The translations under genes were made by a program, and so were the position numbers. A stretch of DNA of 64,000 bases, taken from Antedon mediterranea. Taxonomy: Eukaryota; Animalia; Echinodermata. The DNA is taken from NCBI RefSeq assembly GCF_964355755.1, contig NC_092670.1, forward strand, positions 50,001 to 114,000. Reading direction: 5' to 3'. The notes under the pieces were generated by a model. That model was given only the letters and a program-made list of their open reading frames with translations. It searched no databases and was not told the DNA's origin. Below are positions 40,103-64,000 of this stretch, in pieces (position 1 is the first letter of the stretch; every line of letters starts with the position of its first letter).

Positions 40103-41860
40103 TTACAATTCGTCGTGTTTTGGTCCACTGAATTCCTCCCATGATACCTCTCCATTACCGTCCCTGTCATCTCTTTCTAAAGCTTCTTTCGTCATCTTCT
40201 GGTTTAATTCCTCATCAGTAAATATACCCTCGGACATGATGAAAGCGGACATCTATTGAAAGGACGTGAATATAGCTACTATTAAGGCTCGATTTCATTT
40301 ATAAGCTGCCGTTGTATCTTTAGATCATATTGTACATTTTAAAGAAATTCTTAAATTTAACTAGATGGGTTGTATGCAACTACTTACTTCTTTAAATGAT
40401 ATAACCTTGTCGTTGTTTGCATCGATCATTCTGAATGTATTTGGCATCCCATGTCGCCAGTTAGGTTTGAACTCAATCATCTCCACATCAAATATTACGG
40501 TTGCTCCCGGTGCTACCTTGCCGTCTTAAAAGAAATATTTAAAATCGGTGGTTACAATACAATATTTATTATAATTCGTACGGTGTGTTATGCACATAGA
40601 CGCAATTGTAGCAGATTGGGCTAACGTGGATAGTTCAAGTTTTTCAAGTTTATTGTTTCACACAATACAAAATACAATATAATAATACAGAACATAAATT
40701 AATAAATACAATTGTGTGAGGAGGACGCATTAAGCCAAGGCTTTAAGTTTGGTCCTCCAATAGTTGTAGCCTACTAATTAAGGTTTATTTTTTCGCTTTC
40801 TTTTTAATTGATGCGACAGTCTCGTGGGTTGTTATCCATCAATCTATTTGAAATAACATTATCTGTTTACGTTTATTTATCTAGTCACTTAAACCTGCCA
40901 GACGTAGCTTTGTTGTGAAATCCCACGATAAAGCGTCATGCACCGAATTGCAACCAGGTTTAGGAGGCTATGCAAAGATAACACCTCCTTCTTAGCACCA
41001 ACAAGGGTGAACGGGCACGAGATACATAATAATGTGTATATAGGCCTACTGTCGATGAGATGAGAAGAATGTGCAAATCCCATCTTATCGGACGTAAATT
41101 GCAGGAATAGGCCTATATATTATAGGACTGCTTTGTGTTTTTGCATGATGTCGGCGGATCTAATATAGAACGCACCTTTTCCTTGTTCACCATAAGCAAG
41201 ACTCGATGGTACTGTTAATCTTCGTTTTTCACCAGTACACATGTCTACCATCCCGTAATCCCAACCTTTCACTACTTCTTGCAAACCAAGCGGAAACTCG
41301 ATTGGTTCAGAGTCTTCATTTACCCGACTAGAGGATAGAATACATTCAAATTTAATCAGAAATACATCGTATATCTTATAAGTTGTGCTGTTAATGTCAA
41401 AAACAAAGAATATTTACTAATTTGATCAAATCTAAGTGTTACCTGTTTGTTGTATTGTTTTATGTTTCAAACCTGTAACGGTAGAATAGCGGTAATTATC
41501 GTTGTTGGTGGTTTTGAATGAATGATAATAAAATAAAATAAAATCGAAAGAAAAAGAAGAACCGAGGCATTGTAGGCCATATACCATATTCATTACACTT
41601 AGAATTTATGTCCCGAATAAAATAATATTGTGTGTGGATTATACTTACCTGGTTTCAAATACTGTCCCGTCCTCTAACCGTCCTGTGTAATGAATAAGCA
41701 CCATGTCCCCATGACTCGCTGTTTTCTTACAATCATCTGGTTTGAACGTCACCTCGATCTTTAATTCGTCGGGGATTTTAATCGACCCTGTTGTTTGTGA
41801 AGAGTAACATGAGTAAAAAGTAAACAGAAGGAAAAGGAACACACTTTTTTTAAAAACCAT
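40103..41860 (-). CDS. FKBP14: ER-resident FKBP-type peptidyl-prolyl isomerase with EF-hands (FKBP7/FKBP14-like), 4 exons
   Basis: Exons (minus): 41860-41649, 41327-41176, 40524-40388, 40252-40103. Signal peptide, HYTGRLEDGTVFETS, VKGWDYGMVDMCTGEKRRLTVPSSLAYG, EF-hands DANNDKVISFKE and DRDGNGEVSWEE, C-terminal HDEL*. FKBP7 vs FKBP14 not resolvable by eye. Confidence 0.9.
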
Positions 41861-42260
41861 GATAATCACTCGGCTCAGCGGTTTTATGACGGAGGCACGT
41901 TGTAGTACTAGTAGGCCTACAGAGATGAGAGATTGAAGCTTTTATTCGGAGGCAGCGGGTTCTTATCTCGTTCAAGCAGGTGGCCAGAATCACATCTGAT
42001 AATGTGCACAATGTATACGTGTACATGACCAGGGCCGGCCCACATATGCTCACATCTGAGTCAGCGCCGTTTAATTGATTAATGAGAAGCCACACATGTA
42101 CAAACTACCATCCGGAGACTCATTTGCATAAATATAGAAAGAAAAAAACATATTAGCTATTTTATCAATTAGTCTAATATAATTTCCGCCTCATATTTTG
42201 TTAAATTGTCTACATATCGCGCTTGGTCCGCTCGCTAATTGAGTTGCGCATACGTGGCAT

Positions 42261-43649
42261 GTGCGCCACCAGTGGCTTTGTAAATTCCCAAATACGTGGA
42301 AAATAGCAAAGGTCACGCCAATTTTTAAGAATGGTGAAAAAACTAACCCTAATAATTATCGTCCCATTTCCGTCCTACCTATACTTTCAAAAATAATTGA
42401 ACGAGTCGTTTTTAATCAACTTTATGCTTTTTTGAATAATAATAATCTGTTATGTATAAATCAATCAGGTTTTCGACCATCATACTCAACATCTACTGCA
42501 CTTACAAAAGTGACGGAAGACTGGTATAGTGCAATAGACGAGGGTAAGCTGGTCGGAATCTGTTTACTAGATTTTAAAAAGGCCTTTGATACGGTAAACC
42601 ATAACATACTATTAAGCAAATTGAGACTTTATGGTTTAAGTAAATATGTTTTAAAATGGTTCGAGAGCTATCTGTCTGAGCGAAAGCAATTCACAAATGT
42701 AAATAATACATTGTCTGACTATACACACATCCAATGTGGAGTGCCTCAGGGGTCAATCGTGGGCCCACTTGCTTTCCTCTTATATATAAATGACCTATCG
42801 AAAGTTGTAAACAAATGTAAAATAAGTATGTATGCTGACGATACTATAATTTATTGTTCTTCAAAAAATGAAAATGAAATATACCAAAGTATAAATGAAG
42901 AACTTATACAAATCGACGATTGGCTAAAAAATAATAAATTGAGTCTAAATGTCTCTAAATCCGAGTTCATGTTGATCGGATCGACAAACCGATTGGCAAC
43001 CACCAAAGAAAAAAATAGATCAGTTAATATAGATAACGATGTTGTACCACGCGTTCGATATTGCAAACACCTCGGTATCATAATAGACGAACATTTATCA
43101 TGGAAAAATCAGATTGAATACATTCGAGGTAAAGCTCTAAATGGATTGGGTATGCTTAGACGATGTAGCTATTATTTTCCACAAAACATATTAAAACATA
43201 TTGCAAACTCTATTGTAATACCTTACTTGAGCTATTGTAACATAATTTGGGGAAATAGTAGTCAAACTCTAATGAAAAGAGTTCAAACTATACAAAACAG
43301 AACAGCTCGAATCGTGTGTGGTCTAACATGGGACACACCTAGTAGTGAGGCACTAAGGCAAATTAATTGGTCACCTTTATTTTATCAAGATAGATATGAA
43401 TGTTGTATGGTTATATATAAGGTTTTGACAGATAATGCCCCACCTTACCTAAATAATGTATTTACATTCAATGATATAAATTATAGTCTAAGGCACAGTG
43501 ATACACATCTATTCATCCCAAAGCCAAAAACCGATTTTAAAAAACGAAGTCTGTCTTATCGTGGAGCAATTATATGGAATAGTCTCAATGTTGATACCCT
43601 TCCAAATTCAGTTAAGTTGTTTAAAACGTATCTGAAAAATGCATTGTAA
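42261..43649 (+). CDS. Non-LTR retrotransposon ORF2 reverse transcriptase (5'-truncated)
   Basis: 462-aa open frame with NYRPISVLPILSKIIE, QSGFR, LDFKKAFDTV, GVPQGS, YADD and HLGI motifs. No endonuclease domain. Confidence 0.95.
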   Translation: MRHQWLCKFPNTWKIAKVTPIFKNGEKTNPNNYRPISVLPILSKIIERVVFNQLYAFLNNNNLLCINQSGFRPSYSTSTALTKVTEDWYSAIDEGKLVGICLLDFKKAFDTVNHNILLSKLRLYGLSKYVLKWFESYLSERKQFTNVNNTLSDYTHIQCGVPQGSIVGPLAFLLYINDLSKVVNKCKISMYADDTIIYCSSKNENEIYQSINEELIQIDDWLKNNKLSLNVSKSEFMLIGSTNRLATTKEKNRSVNIDNDVVPRVRYCKHLGIIIDEHLSWKNQIEYIRGKALNGLGMLRRCSYYFPQNILKHIANSIVIPYLSYCNIIWGNSSQTLMKRVQTIQNRTARIVCGLTWDTPSSEALRQINWSPLFYQDRYECCMVIYKVLTDNAPPYLNNVFTFNDINYSLRHSDTHLFIPKPKTDFKKRSLSYRGAIIWNSLNVDTLPNSVKLFKTYLKNAL

Positions 43650-44057
43650 AACATAATGGTATGGTAATCTACGATCTACATCCAACTTTTAAAATGGCTA
43701 AATACTATGTAAAATGTGTGTTTTATCACTATTATTTTAAGGTAAATGAAATCCAAAAGACTTATTATGTATTACAGTTGAATCCCCATGAATTCTACAC
43801 TTCGATAAGGGTTTCCGTTTACACAGGAAGTACCGGTATGGTGTACCCTAAATAGAGGTGTCAGATGAAGGGGATTCTGCTGTAATTTTGTTTCTTTTCA
43901 ATTTCAATTTTTTTCGTTTCTGTTGTATTTATATGGTGTTGATTTTTTTTGTTTTGTAATACAGTATCACGAACTTGTGTAAAAACAATCAATATTGATT
44001 GAACGAGTTGTACTGCACATCAGTCTCGTGTCTAAATAAAGTTTATATATATATATA
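42279..44057 (+). mobile_element. 5'-truncated CR1/L2-group LINE insertion
   Basis: RT ORF, then ~400 bp 3' UTR ending AATAAAGTT(TA)n. The 5' boundary is approximate and no TSD was seen. Confidence 0.8.
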
Positions 44058-44058
44058 A

Positions 44059-44237
44059 AGCGTGGTTCCCACTAGCGACGCAACGCAAGGACGTAACGCA
44101 ACGCAAGTGAATTGACCAATCACAAGCGATGGCTTATTCGCTTGTGATTGCTAACTGTCTATAACATCTCTTGTCATTGGTTAAAACGCTTGCGTTGCGT
44201 TTACGTCCTTGCGTTACGTTCTACTGGGAACCAAGCT
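44059..44237. mobile_element. PIF/Harbinger-like MITE
   Basis: AGCGTGGTTCCCACTAG...CTACTGGGAACCAAGCT near-palindromic element with TAA on both flanks. Confidence 0.8.
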
Positions 44238-44681
44238 TAAGTGGGCAAAAATTGTCATGGGTTGCGATGGTGTTTAATTTTCATTTTATTTCATTATTTA
44301 TGAATTTCTCCATTTTTTTCTGTATTTACATAACAAAAACAAAAAAACTGAAATTTGGTCAACCTAAGTGAATTAATCAATTGCTGATTTTATACACGGA
44401 GCTGCCCTTTAATCATTATTTGTCAGCAGCATTCATCACACACACACACACACACGTACCTAACCATGGATTATAAAGAGAGATAAAGATCTTTCGGTTT
44501 TCCCGCCTCAACGTTGGTGGCGCACCTCCGGGTTGTAAAAACTCAAATTTGATTGACGATCGATCGTCGTGTGTGTGTGAGAGAGGAGAGAGAACAACCC
44601 AGAGAGAGCCTATAGCTAGGCGCAGCTGAGAGCCCGAGAAAAGTAGGCTTTTATCAACTCAAAACCACATTTTTTTACGAT

Positions 44682-64000
<19,319 letters not shown>

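Overview
AT-rich, intron-rich animal (invertebrate, echinoderm-like by impression only) genomic DNA. It holds four conserved spliced genes: SRP68 (+, 12 coding exons, 10048-17449), UQCRC2 (+, 11 exons, 30123-39306), an ER FKBP7/FKBP14-type PPIase ending in HDEL (-, 4 exons, 40103-41860) and SUZ12 (+, 11 exons seen from 44682, 3' part beyond the window). It also holds a 5'-truncated LINE with an intact RT ORF, many non-autonomous TIR elements with visible target-site duplications (some nested three deep) and many kb-scale tandem arrays. Two features stand out. (1) Several arrays are amplified copies of the host genes' own exon boundaries. One 158-nt SUZ12 exon sits between ~60 tandem copies of its own 3' splice site and at least 75 copies of its own 5' splice site, and use of any decoy gives an in-frame stop. 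(2) An ~11-kb foldback-type element with imperfect TIRs, a CATCCGG direct repeat and two oppositely oriented 106-bp satellite arms ends ~135 bp upstream of the UQCRC2 start codon. Exon boundaries were read by eye from GT/AG signals and remembered protein similarity; copy numbers are length/unit estimates.
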